From Candidatus Pacearchaeota archaeon (GTDB taxonomy: Archaea; Nanobdellota; Nanobdellia; Pacearchaeales; GW2011-AR1), in assembly GCA_041660485.1 (NCBI GenBank), contig JBAZWF010000001.1, forward strand, positions 474,224-538,223: a DNA stretch of 64,000 bases. The letters run 5' to 3'. Numbering within the stretch: the stretch's first letter is position 1; each line of letters begins with the position of its first letter. Positions 20,024-29,229 of this stretch are shown piece after piece. Position numbers and translations under genes: made by a program. The notes beneath the pieces are model-generated. The model was not told where the DNA came from, did not search any database, and was given only the letters and a program-made list of their open reading frames with translations.

Positions 20024-21745
20024 TTACTTCTTAAACAAATGTTCCCAACCGTTCTTTTTAGTGTTATTTCTTTTCATAAAGTAAATTATAAGTCCAATAA
20101 CTGCTAAAATTACTATTACTAATCCAACCCATAACCAGACATTACTTTCTAATTGCTTTACTTCTTGACCAATAGTTTCAGGAGATTGATTTATAGTTGT
20201 CTCAGGGGCAGTAGTTCCAGGGGTTGCAACGACTGGAATCACTTCAGAAATTGAAGTGACTGTAACAGATGCTTTCCCATTAGTAATTGAATTAAGTTTA
20301 ACACTTAAATCATAAACACCATCACTATTAACATCAAATTTCTTTAAATCACCAATATTAAATGTATTTGTTTGAGGTGTTGAAGCAACAGTAATTGTTG
20401 CAGTTGATGTAGTCAAACTTATAACTCCAATAGAATGGAATTCTACACCTACCTTAGCTTTTACTTGATACTTAGCAGCTAAATTTTGAGTATATCCTGC
20501 AGTTAATTCAGAAGCTGTCGGATAAAGAGTAACATACCAATCAGAAGTGCTTCCTCCTGAGCTTGAAGAGGCAGTTGTTGTAGCTGCTGTAGTCTTCTTA
20601 ATAGAAAATGTTCTTGAAAGAGTTGTAAAATTATTACTTGCATTATCTAAACATATTACACTCCAATTATTTGCCCCAACAGATGCTGCATAAGTAATCG
20701 AATTTGTTACACCAGCATAATTAATACCTGTAGAAGCTGTACTTACAACTGTTTCATTAACAATTAAAGAACAATTTACAATTCCAAAGTTATCAGTAAC
20801 ATTATAATAAAATACTACTGAAGCAGTATCATTCAATGTTTCAAGAGAAGTAGTTGCATTATCCGGACTAATCAATGCAACAGTTGGTGCAGTAAAGTCA
20901 AGGATTATTTTTCTTGTTCCTGCAGTCCAATTTGTCATTTTTTGAGAATCATTTGAAGTTACATTCAAATAATAAATACCCTCAGTTAAATTTATATAAG
21001 TAATATAAGCAGATGCACGAAGACCTGAAGCAGGAGTTCCAGTTATATTTGAACTATTTATTAAAACATTATTGTTAGATAAATTTGTAGCATTCCATAA
21101 AGAAATTGTAAATGAATTTATTCCAATTTGATCATAAGCAGAAACATTTACAGTCATATTCATCACCTTAGTAGTATCATTATGTGCTCTGAATCCCATT
21201 ACAAAAACAGATGTACCAAATTGAGAATTATAAGGTCCAGCATATGAACCATTTATAAGGAAACTGATATTTGCAGGAGGAGCATTAACATAATAAGAAA
21301 TATTTGAATAATTTGTTGCTGATCCATTATAAGATAAAACAGATATATTGTAGAATCCTTCATTAGCCCCAGTTGCATTAAAATAAAAAGTTGTATGATT
21401 AAGTGAAGAATTAATTAATACTCTCGAAGTTCCATTTAAAAAATTCAAAACAATTAAACCAGCACCATTAGTAGAACTTGAAACAGAACAATTAGATTGA
21501 ATACAATAAGCACTTCCTGCAAGATAAGTAAATCCAGAAGGTAATGTAATATTTATAGCAGTAATATTTGCTCCACCATTTGTTTCTGTATTATTTATTG
21601 AAATATTATAAAGATAATCTTGGCTTTGATTAACATAAGTTATTGGCCCGTTATTAACTAAATGTCCTGCAAAAACAAAACCTAAAGCAATTACAATAAA
21701 TGAAAAAACTAGACATAACTTAAATAAGTTTTTACTCATCACCAT
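20024..21745 (-). CDS. surface (S-layer/adhesin-like) glycoprotein candidate with signal peptide and C-terminal TM anchor
   Basis: N-terminal 'LCLVFSFIVIALGFVFA', C-terminal 'WLWVGLVIVILAVIGLIIYFMKRNNTKK', a Thr/Ser-rich stalk 'KKTTAATTTASSSSGGS', and very many N-x-S/T sequons. Confidence 0.7.
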   Translation of the reverse strand: MVMSKNLFKLCLVFSFIVIALGFVFAGHLVNNGPITYVNQSQDYLYNISINNTETNGGANITAINITLPSGFTYLAGSAYCIQSNCSVSSSTNGAGLIVLNFLNGTSRVLINSSLNHTTFYFNATGANEGFYNISVLSYNGSATNYSNISYYVNAPPANISFLINGSYAGPYNSQFGTSVFVMGFRAHNDTTKVMNMTVNVSAYDQIGINSFTISLWNATNLSNNNVLINSSNITGTPASGLRASAYITYINLTEGIYYLNVTSNDSQKMTNWTAGTRKIILDFTAPTVALISPDNATTSLETLNDTASVVFYYNVTDNFGIVNCSLIVNETVVSTASTGINYAGVTNSITYAASVGANNWSVICLDNASNNFTTLSRTFSIKKTTAATTTASSSSGGSTSDWYVTLYPTASELTAGYTQNLAAKYQVKAKVGVEFHSIGVISLTTSTATITVASTPQTNTFNIGDLKKFDVNSDGVYDLSVKLNSITNGKASVTVTSISEVIPVVATPGTTAPETTINQSPETIGQEVKQLESNVWLWVGLVIVILAVIGLIIYFMKRNNTKKNGWEHLFKK

Positions 21746-21937
21746 TTTTTTATAATATCTAAAATAACTTAGGGTATTTAAATCTTTCTAGAGATTTTGC
21801 TCCCCATCTCAAGTTAAAAATAGGATAAAAAGATTATTTTTCCGTCGAGAAATAGAAGATTATAATTTTTATAATTTTTGAAATTAAAAAAGTTCAAAAA
21901 AATTAAAAATCAGTTATTAAAACTAAAAACAAATATT

Positions 21938-22876
21938 TTAGTTAATCTTTTTATCTCTTTTAAGTCTTTTAACCAATATTCCCAGTTTAATCTTTGAAGA
22001 ATTTTTATAAACAATATTAAAAACCTTTTCTTCACCAGTTTTTTCATTTAAAAATCCAATTCTATATGTCCTTCCATTATGCAACTTAACTTTTCTTAAA
22101 ATCTCTCGAGGATAATACCTTTCTTTTCCAATTAAATCAAAAATCTGCTCTGAATTGCTTATATTATATATATAATCTCCAATTCTCAGGCTATCATAAT
22201 CTTCGATTATTAGCAATATAAATATAATTGTAGATGAAAGAACAACAAAAAGAATATTTGTAAACCAATCTCCACGATTTAAGAATAAAAGAGAAATTAA
22301 AATTGCTCCTAAAAGATAATTAGTAAATTTCAAAGACCATTCAATTTTTCTTGAAGTTAAATATTCTAATTTTTCTCTTAAAGGTTCAAACTCTCCCAAT
22401 AGATATAAGAAAGAATCTGCAGAAGCTTTCTGATACTCATTTTTAATTTCCATGCCCCGAATATCTTGATACATTCCATAAATTGATTCTCTGCTTATAT
22501 TATAATTAGTATATTCTCTTAGAGTTTTAACTGTATAATCATCAATTCTTTCTTTTATCTTCTCATGAAACCCTTTTCCCAAATCTTTTGACAATAAATA
22601 TAAGCTAACCAATCTTCCCGCTTCAGTTGCAAGTGCATCTTTTACAGCAGAATTTTTACCAATTAACATTGAAAAAGAAATACTAATTAAAAAGCCAAAT
22701 AAAAAAGAAACAATAGAAATCATAAGTTCAATATTAAGTGCAGCAATTTTAAAATCTCTTGCAAAGTAATTAATTAATACAAATAGAATTACAACCGGGA
22801 TAGTCCAATAGTATAAATAAATATTAAATCCTTTTTTAACTAATTCAACTCTTTCTTCCATATTAATGAAACCCAT
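21938..22876 (-). CDS. membrane protein, unknown function
   Basis: 312-aa ORF with 4-5 hydrophobic helices and a soluble C-terminal domain. Confidence 0.5.
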   Translation of the reverse strand: MGFINMEERVELVKKGFNIYLYYWTIPVVILFVLINYFARDFKIAALNIELMISIVSFLFGFLISISFSMLIGKNSAVKDALATEAGRLVSLYLLSKDLGKGFHEKIKERIDDYTVKTLREYTNYNISRESIYGMYQDIRGMEIKNEYQKASADSFLYLLGEFEPLREKLEYLTSRKIEWSLKFTNYLLGAILISLLFLNRGDWFTNILFVVLSSTIIFILLIIEDYDSLRIGDYIYNISNSEQIFDLIGKERYYPREILRKVKLHNGRTYRIGFLNEKTGEEKVFNIVYKNSSKIKLGILVKRLKRDKKIN

Positions 22877-22910
22877 TATAACTATTTAAACTTTTTACTA
22901 AAAAAGAATT

Positions 22911-23153
22911 TCAATTTTTCTTCTTTTGAATCAAACTCCAAATTAAATAAACAAATATTCCTACAATTAAACTAAACACTAAAACCAGCTTATCAAATAT
23001 CATTTGATAAATAGGTGTGCAAGTATCTGTAGGTAATTTTATGTTATAGGGAACACATCTAAAAATTAATGAAAATAAAATATCAAAGCAAATAAATAAT
23101 ATAAGACATAAAACCAATTTTAATCTAGTTAATTTAAAATTCATAAATATCAA
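22911..23153 (-). CDS. small 2-TM membrane protein
   Basis: 80-aa ORF with two hydrophobic helices. Confidence 0.4.
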   Translation of the reverse strand: MIFMNFKLTRLKLVLCLILFICFDILFSLIFRCVPYNIKLPTDTCTPIYQMIFDKLVLVFSLIVGIFVYLIWSLIQKKKN

Positions 23154-23196
23154 ACCCCCTTCCAGTTTATTAATTTAACTTTAAAACTTAGAAAGA

Positions 23197-23439
23197 TTAT
23201 AAAATTCTTTCACAAGCACTAAATTCAGAAACTCTTGATAAAATTTGCCTAGGATAATCATTATCTTTAGCAATTTCTCCCGCAACTAAATAAAGCCCAT
23301 TTGCAATTGCATAGCAAAATCTGTTCCAGGAAGAATTCCCATTAAGCCCTTGCCGATTTTCGCGAGCAATTACTAAAACAGCATATTCATCTACAGGTTC
23401 AAGAAACCTTTCTAATTTTGTCTTATTTTCTAGTTCCAT
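23197..23439 (-). CDS. hypothetical protein
   Basis: 80-aa ORF with no motif. Confidence 0.35.
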   Translation of the reverse strand: MELENKTKLERFLEPVDEYAVLVIARENRQGLNGNSSWNRFCYAIANGLYLVAGEIAKDNDYPRQILSRVSEFSACERIL

Positions 23440-23577
23440 AATAGCTATAATTCATTTACATATAAATAGTTTTTTCGTAGTTTATTAAACAAATAGCTAT
23501 TTATTACCATTAAATTTATATATATGTATGGTTTTAACATTAAATATTTAAACAAATAATACAAATGTTAAGAAAAA

Positions 23578-24021
23578 ATGACACATGATGACGTCGATAA
23601 ACGGCTGATAAATGCACTAATTAAAGACCCAAGAAAATCTTATCGCCAGCTAGCCCATGAATCAAAAGTTAGTGTAGCAACTATCTCAAATCGTCTAAAA
23701 GAGCTTTCAAAAAAACAAATTTTAAAAGATTATACTTCAATTGTAGACTATGATAAACTCGGATATGAAATTCATGTAATGGTTAATATAAGAGTATCAA
23801 AAAGCAAAGAGCTTTTTGTTGCAGAAAAACTCAATAGCCCAAATGTTACTGCAATTTATGATATAACAGGAGATTTTGATTTAATGGTAATTGCCCGTTT
23901 TAAAAATCGCAGAGCCCTTGACAATTATGTTAAGAAAATTCAAACTTACGAGTTTATAGAACGCACTCAAACTCTCTTAATTCTAAACACTATTAAAGAA
24001 CATCCGATTGAAGTTGAATAA
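23578..24021 (+). CDS. Lrp/AsnC family transcriptional regulator
   Basis: N-terminal HTH 'DPRKSYRQLAHESKVSVATISNRLKELSKKQIL' plus a C-terminal RAM/AsnC ligand domain pattern ('VTAIYDITGDFDLMV'). Confidence 0.85.
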   Translation: MTHDDVDKRLINALIKDPRKSYRQLAHESKVSVATISNRLKELSKKQILKDYTSIVDYDKLGYEIHVMVNIRVSKSKELFVAEKLNSPNVTAIYDITGDFDLMVIARFKNRRALDNYVKKIQTYEFIERTQTLLILNTIKEHPIEVE

Positions 24022-24291
24022 TTATTTTTTATTCTTAATCCTATTAATAATCCAACCAACTATTGCACCAATAATAAACCAAAATATTGCAGAACCCAAT
24101 ATCATTAATACAAAATATCCTGTAAAAATAGTTGAACTATTCATTATATCATATCCAAACAAAGCTGCTAAGAAAAGACCTGCAAAATCAATAGGTACGA
24201 TTATCCCTATTGCTCCAATAGGTAAAAAAATTATATTTATTAATGCAAATATACCTGAAAAAATTAAACCAAATTTCAACCATGTTTTCAT
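24022..24291 (-). CDS. small 3-TM membrane protein
   Basis: 89-aa ORF with a membrane-protein-like sequence; preferred over the overlapping + strand ORF 24008..24307. Confidence 0.45.
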   Translation of the reverse strand: MKTWLKFGLIFSGIFALINIIFLPIGAIGIIVPIDFAGLFLAALFGYDIMNSSTIFTGYFVLMILGSAIFWFIIGAIVGWIINRIKNKK

Positions 24292-24390
24292 ACTTAATTT
24301 AATATAAAGTTATTTATAAATTGTTTGTTTGTTTATTATGTCTAAAATAAAACTAAAAAGTATTTAAACTAAATATAATTTAAGAGAGTT

Positions 24391-24771
24391 ATGAAAAAGA
24401 ATTATCCCATAAGATTATTTATTATTTTAACAGTAATAATATTAATTATAATTTTAGGAATATTCTTTTATTATAATCTAGAGACTAAAAGTAATCTTGT
24501 TGTAATTAAAATGGGTTATTTTAGTGATGAAACTGGAAAAGAATTGGGCAAATGTAATGTTACTATAACTCAACTTCAAAATAGCCCAGGCGTAACTAAA
24601 AAAATTTTATTTTATAGACCAAATGGAGAATTAATAGGAGAATGTAATGAAGTTTCTGCCCCAGGAACAGCCCAACATTGTTCAGGAACTTGCGATTCAA
24701 AAGAACTTCTTCAAGACTTAGAAACAGAAGGTTGTAACCATAATCTTCCAAAATATTCTTGTACATATTAA
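24391..24771 (+). CDS. membrane-anchored Cys-containing extracellular protein
   Basis: N-terminal TM helix and 6 Cys in the ectodomain. Confidence 0.45.
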   Translation: MKKNYPIRLFIILTVIILIIILGIFFYYNLETKSNLVVIKMGYFSDETGKELGKCNVTITQLQNSPGVTKKILFYRPNGELIGECNEVSAPGTAQHCSGTCDSKELLQDLETEGCNHNLPKYSCTY

Positions 24772-24795
24772 AAAACCAGAAAAATAAATAATCTT

Positions 24796-25074
24796 ATGGA
24801 CATAGCACAAATACTTGGATGGACTGCAACAATTTTATTTTCTATAATGATAATACCTCAGATAATAAAAACAATAAAATCAAAAGACACTAAGGGTGTT
24901 AGTTTATTATTATTTATAATATTTTTAATTGCAAATATAATTGCTTTAATTTATGCAATTATGATAAATCAAAGTCCTTTAATGATAAAATATACTATTG
25001 CCATAGTTACAACTTTATTCTACATAGGATTATTTATTTATTATAAAAAACAGACAAAATCACAATTTAGATAA
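24796..25074 (+). CDS. PQ-loop / SemiSWEET-type 3-TM transporter
   Basis: 92 aa, three helices, 'IIPQIIKTIKSKDTKGVS' PQ motif after TM1. Confidence 0.65.
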   Translation: MDIAQILGWTATILFSIMIIPQIIKTIKSKDTKGVSLLLFIIFLIANIIALIYAIMINQSPLMIKYTIAIVTTLFYIGLFIYYKKQTKSQFR

Positions 25075-25112
25075 TTTCGAATAATTATTAAATTCCCTTT
25101 ATTTAGCATAAT

Positions 25113-26306
25113 ATGCTAATAGAACTAATCTTAGCACTTCTCCTTGGCATTCTCGCCGGCACAATCACTGGCCTCGCGCCCGCCATTCATATAAATCTTG
25201 TTGGGGCGCTCGTACTATCAGCTTCTGCATTTCTTCTATCAATCTCATCACCAGAAGCAATAATTGTTTTTATTGTTGCAATGTCAATAGCACATACATT
25301 CATTGATTTTATTCCGAGTGTTTTTCTTGGAGCTCCAGATGAAGAAACTGCACTTTCAGTTCTTCCTGGACATGAATTATTAAAACAAGGAAAAGGATAT
25401 GAAGCAGTTTTTTATTCAAGTTTAGGAAGTCTTTTAGCAATGCCCTTGTTAACCATTATAATTCCATTATTTATTCTATTTCTGCCAAAAGCTGAAAACA
25501 TAATAATTTTTTTCATCCCATTTATTTTAATTATCTCAAGTTCATTTATTATTTTTACAGACAAAAATAAATTTTCTGCATTTCTTGTTTTTATCCTCTC
25601 TGGATTTTTAGGAATTGCAGTTTTAAATTCAAATATTAATGAACCTCTTCTGCCTTTATTCAGTGGTTTATTTGGAGCATCATCGCTTATTTTAAGTATA
25701 AAAACAAAAATAACTATTCCTGAACAAAAAATAGAAAAAATTAAATTAAACAAAAGAATAATTATTCCTCCAATTTTTGCTTCATTATTAACTGCACCGC
25801 TTTGTAGTTTTATTCCTGCTTTAGGTAGCGGACAAGCAGCAACAATTTCAACAACATTAATTAAAACAACAAAAAGAAGATTTCTTATTTTATTAGGCTC
25901 AACAAATATTCTAGTTTTAACACTAAGTTTTATTGTTTTATATTCTATTGGAAAATCACGTACAGGAATAGCAGTATTTATTGGAGAACTAGCACCTAAA
26001 ATAAGTCAACAAACTCTTTTAATAATTATTTGGGTAATTATTTTCACAACAATTATCAGTTTTTTCTGGACACTTTATCTAACTAAAATATTTTCAAAAT
26101 TAATCTCTAAAGTAAACTATTCAATAATTTCAATTTTCGTTTTAATTTTTATTTTAATAGTTGTAATAATATTTTCCGGATTTTTAGGCTTTTTAATATT
26201 TATCACCTCAACTGCAACTGGAGTTTATGGAATCTCCACAGAAGTAAAAAGAATTAATTTAATGGGATGTTTGCTTATTCCAACTATTTTAATTTATTTA
26301 ATATAA
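25113..26306 (+). CDS. TctA-like (DUF112) multi-pass membrane protein
   Basis: About 10 TM. 'GTITGLAPAIHINL' and 'LGAPDEETALSVLPGHELLKQGKGYEA' resemble TctA-family motifs. Confidence 0.5.
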   Translation: MLIELILALLLGILAGTITGLAPAIHINLVGALVLSASAFLLSISSPEAIIVFIVAMSIAHTFIDFIPSVFLGAPDEETALSVLPGHELLKQGKGYEAVFYSSLGSLLAMPLLTIIIPLFILFLPKAENIIIFFIPFILIISSSFIIFTDKNKFSAFLVFILSGFLGIAVLNSNINEPLLPLFSGLFGASSLILSIKTKITIPEQKIEKIKLNKRIIIPPIFASLLTAPLCSFIPALGSGQAATISTTLIKTTKRRFLILLGSTNILVLTLSFIVLYSIGKSRTGIAVFIGELAPKISQQTLLIIIWVIIFTTIISFFWTLYLTKIFSKLISKVNYSIISIFVLIFILIVVIIFSGFLGFLIFITSTATGVYGISTEVKRINLMGCLLIPTILIYLI

Positions 26307-26397
26307 AAAAATTTTACAATAATAATCTATATATTTTGATTATTCCCAATTTTTCAAAACCCATAATGTTTATAATAATTGATTTTTTAGTATAATT

Positions 26398-26808
26398 ATG
26401 AAAAAAAATATTTCAAAAATAAAAAAGTACTTCCTAATAGGATTTTTTATTATTTTTCTTATTTTTGGATGTATTTTTATTTTCTGTAGAAGTAATGAAG
26501 ATAATTGGATAAAAGATGATAGGGGAGTTTGGATGAAACACGGAAATCCCAGTGAAACTCCTGATGAAATTAAAGAACAGCAACAAGCAATTATAAATGC
26601 ATTTGCTCTTTATAATAATCAAAAAAATAGCACCCAATTTTACAGTCAGTGTTTAGGTAATGTAGGAAATTATGCAGTAGATATTGCTCATAGGCCAAGA
26701 ATTGCAGAAGACAATTTAAAAGAAAATCAGTGTGAAAATTATCTCTCCGAGAAAGTCAATCATTTTATTGAATTAGATTTAGATGGAAATTTAATTAGGA
26801 TTGTATAA
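26398..26808 (+). CDS. membrane-anchored hypothetical protein
   Basis: 136-aa ORF with an N-terminal TM helix. Confidence 0.45.
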   Translation: MKKNISKIKKYFLIGFFIIFLIFGCIFIFCRSNEDNWIKDDRGVWMKHGNPSETPDEIKEQQQAIINAFALYNNQKNSTQFYSQCLGNVGNYAVDIAHRPRIAEDNLKENQCENYLSEKVNHFIELDLDGNLIRIV

Positions 26809-26840
26809 ATATTTAAAAACTACTTTTATTTTTAAAAATT

Positions 26841-27023
26841 ATGAACTCAGAACAAAAATCAAGATTAATTAAGGGAATTTCTAAAGCTGCAGAGGATATT
26901 CGAGCTGGAAAAGAAGATAGAACTGCAATAATTTGTATGAATAATTATTTTATACAACATTTAAGGGAAGTTGAAAAAGCCCAAGAATATGAAGTTGCAA
27001 AAGAGAATTCTTTGTATCATTGA
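26841..27023 (+). CDS. small hypothetical protein
   Basis: 60-aa ORF only. Confidence 0.3.
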   Translation: MNSEQKSRLIKGISKAAEDIRAGKEDRTAIICMNNYFIQHLREVEKAQEYEVAKENSLYH

Positions 27024-27146
27024 GGGATTTTTATATTTAGATACCTTTAAATAGCTTAAAAAATTAGTTTTTTCAGCTACGAAGGTAGAGGAGATTGAAA
27101 GATTGAGTCGATTTCTAGCAAATACATTGAGTGTAAGGAGATATAA

Positions 27147-27527
27147 ATGAGCAAAAAGTTATACGTAGGAAATCTTCCTTTCAGCGTAACTATGGAAAAG
27201 CTTAAAGAACTTTTCTCGAGCTACGGAGAACTTGGAGAAGTAACTGTTATCACAAACAAATACACTGGCAAATCTAAAGGATTTGGTTTTGTAACTGTTG
27301 AAGATGATAGTGAAGCTGACAAAGCTATTTCAGAAATGAATGGCAAAGAAATTGAAGGAAGAGCTTTGACCGTTAATGAAGCAAAACCTTTTGACCCTGA
27401 CAAACCTAGACCCCCTAGAAGAGATTTTGGTGGTGGAAGAAGATTTGGCGGCGGAGATAGAGGCGGTTTCGGCGGCGGAGATAGAGGCGGTTTCGGCGGC
27501 GGAAGAAGATTCAGCAGACGAGATTAA
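27147..27527 (+). CDS. RRM-domain RNA-binding protein with Arg/Gly-rich (RGG) tail
   Basis: RNP-2 'LYVGNL', RNP-1 'KGFGFVTV', and the tail 'FGGGRRFGGGDRGGFGGGDRGGFGGGRRF'. SD 'aaggag' lies 7 nt upstream of the ATG. Confidence 0.9.
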   Translation: MSKKLYVGNLPFSVTMEKLKELFSSYGELGEVTVITNKYTGKSKGFGFVTVEDDSEADKAISEMNGKEIEGRALTVNEAKPFDPDKPRPPRRDFGGGRRFGGGDRGGFGGGDRGGFGGGRRFSRRD

Positions 27528-27586
27528 AAATTAATCGCATTAATTTTATTTTTTTGATTAATTTTATTTTTTTAAAAGAGAAAAAG

Positions 27587-28075
27587 TTATCTTTTTTTAA
27601 TATTAGTTAAACTATTTTTAATTCTACTTAGATTAAAATTTTCAGAATCCTTCCTTAAAGGAAATAAATAAATTATTAAAATAAGATTAATAAGACAAAA
27701 TGTCCCAAGGAAAATTTTAATAGCTAAATAAGGCAAAAAACCAATCATATCAATAAGAATAGTAAAACTAAGAATAATAAACTCAATAGTTATAATAATT
27801 AAAAAAGTCATAATTTTTTTAATTGCTTTATTAAAACTTTTATTTATTTGACTAATTACTTTAAATCCAAATAATCCCGATGCAAAAACTATTGCACTAA
27901 ATAAAATAACCGGAATAAGATCACTAAATGAATGACTCTGACCATAAGGAGGACTAAAAATTGCCCAAACCCCTATCCATAAAATGCCTATAATTACAAA
28001 AAAACCCATTATGATAGATTCAAGAATTAAGACTATTCTAATTAATTCCTGCATAAATAAATCTCTTTCTACCAT
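27587..28075 (-). CDS. multi-pass membrane protein
   Basis: 162-aa ORF with about 4 TM. Confidence 0.5.
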   Translation of the reverse strand: MVERDLFMQELIRIVLILESIIMGFFVIIGILWIGVWAIFSPPYGQSHSFSDLIPVILFSAIVFASGLFGFKVISQINKSFNKAIKKIMTFLIIITIEFIILSFTILIDMIGFLPYLAIKIFLGTFCLINLILIIYLFPLRKDSENFNLSRIKNSLTNIKKR

Positions 28076-28185
28076 TTTTTATATAAAATTTAAGAGTTTA
28101 AATATATTTCTTAAAATAAGTTTCAAATTTTTAAAACTTATTTCTTTTTAATAATAAAAATCTCTAATAGAGTATATATTGATTC

Positions 28186-28953
28186 TTAGACTTTAAACAA
28201 TTCTGTTGGAGCAAATCTTTCAGAAACTGAAATTATTGGTTTTAAATCTCTGCGTTCTTTTATTAAATCTCTAAATGTTTCAAATGCTTTTTTAGGAGTA
28301 TTATTATTTTGGCTAATATGTGAAAGCATTAAATTTTTAAGCTTAGGGTTTCCATGTTCTAAAACACAAAGTGCTGCTTGCATATTAGATAAATGCCCGT
28401 TATCACTTTTTATCCATTTTTTTAAATAATAGGGATAAGGACCATTTTCAAGCATTTCTAAATCATAATTAGATTCTAAACAGAGAAAATCAGCATCTTT
28501 TACATTACTAATTATATTATTACAAACATGTCCTGCATCAGTTATAATTGAAATCCTTTTTCCATTGCAGATATTATAAGAAACCGGTTCAACAGCTTTA
28601 TGAATTTTAGAAAAAGATTCGATTTCCATGCCACAAAGTTTGATAGTTTCACCCGGATTAATTGAATTAATAAGTTCTTCATTAGAACATAAGAAATTTT
28701 CTTTTACCGTTTTTTTAGTTGCAAAAATAGGGATATTAAAATTTCTTGCAAAAACATCTGCCCCTTTAATATGATCAGAATGTTCATGAGTAATAAAAAT
28801 ACCTTTAATATTTTGAGGGCTTTTACCAATAATTTCAAGTCTTTCAACAATCTGTTTGCAGCTTATTCCAGCATCAATTAAAATTCCTTCTTTTTTATTT
28901 TCTACAAAAAAACAATTTCCTGAAGAACCTGAGGCCAATGCAGATATTTTCAT
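28186..28953 (-). CDS. metallo-beta-lactamase fold hydrolase
   Basis: 'ITHEHSDH' (HxHxDH), with downstream His/Asp ligands ('TDAGH', 'SH'). Confidence 0.85.
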   Translation of the reverse strand: MKISALASGSSGNCFFVENKKEGILIDAGISCKQIVERLEIIGKSPQNIKGIFITHEHSDHIKGADVFARNFNIPIFATKKTVKENFLCSNEELINSINPGETIKLCGMEIESFSKIHKAVEPVSYNICNGKRISIITDAGHVCNNIISNVKDADFLCLESNYDLEMLENGPYPYYLKKWIKSDNGHLSNMQAALCVLEHGNPKLKNLMLSHISQNNNTPKKAFETFRDLIKERRDLKPIISVSERFAPTELFKV

Positions 28954-29024
28954 CTTTGAATAAATCTAATAGGCTATTTAAGAATATAGTCAAGGTTTTT
29001 AAATGATAAACTCTTAAAGATATT

Positions 29025-29225
29025 ATGAAAATTAATATGGAACTTAAACAAAATGTAGGTATTATTGATAAAATAATTAGAATAATTTTAGGAGTTCTGA
29101 TATTAAGTTTAGGTATAATTTATAATAATTGGTGGGGATTAGTAGGACTTATTCCTCTTGCAACCGGACTTGCTGGCTGGTGCCCAATTTATTCTTTCTT
29201 AAAAATTTCAACTTGTAAAAAATAA
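29025..29225 (+). CDS. DUF2892 (YgaP-like) small membrane protein
   Basis: 'IDKIIRIILG...LIPLATGLAGWCPIYSFL' pattern. Confidence 0.55.
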   Translation: MKINMELKQNVGIIDKIIRIILGVLILSLGIIYNNWWGLVGLIPLATGLAGWCPIYSFLKISTCKK

Positions 29226-29229
29226 TAAG

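Noticed and set aside
24008-24307. 99-aa plus-strand ORF overlapping 24022..24291 (-)
   Set aside because: Both are hydrophobic mirror images. The minus-strand version has better-defined helices ending in a basic tail (NRIKNKK), and the plus-strand ORF would overlap the Lrp stop. This call remains uncertain.
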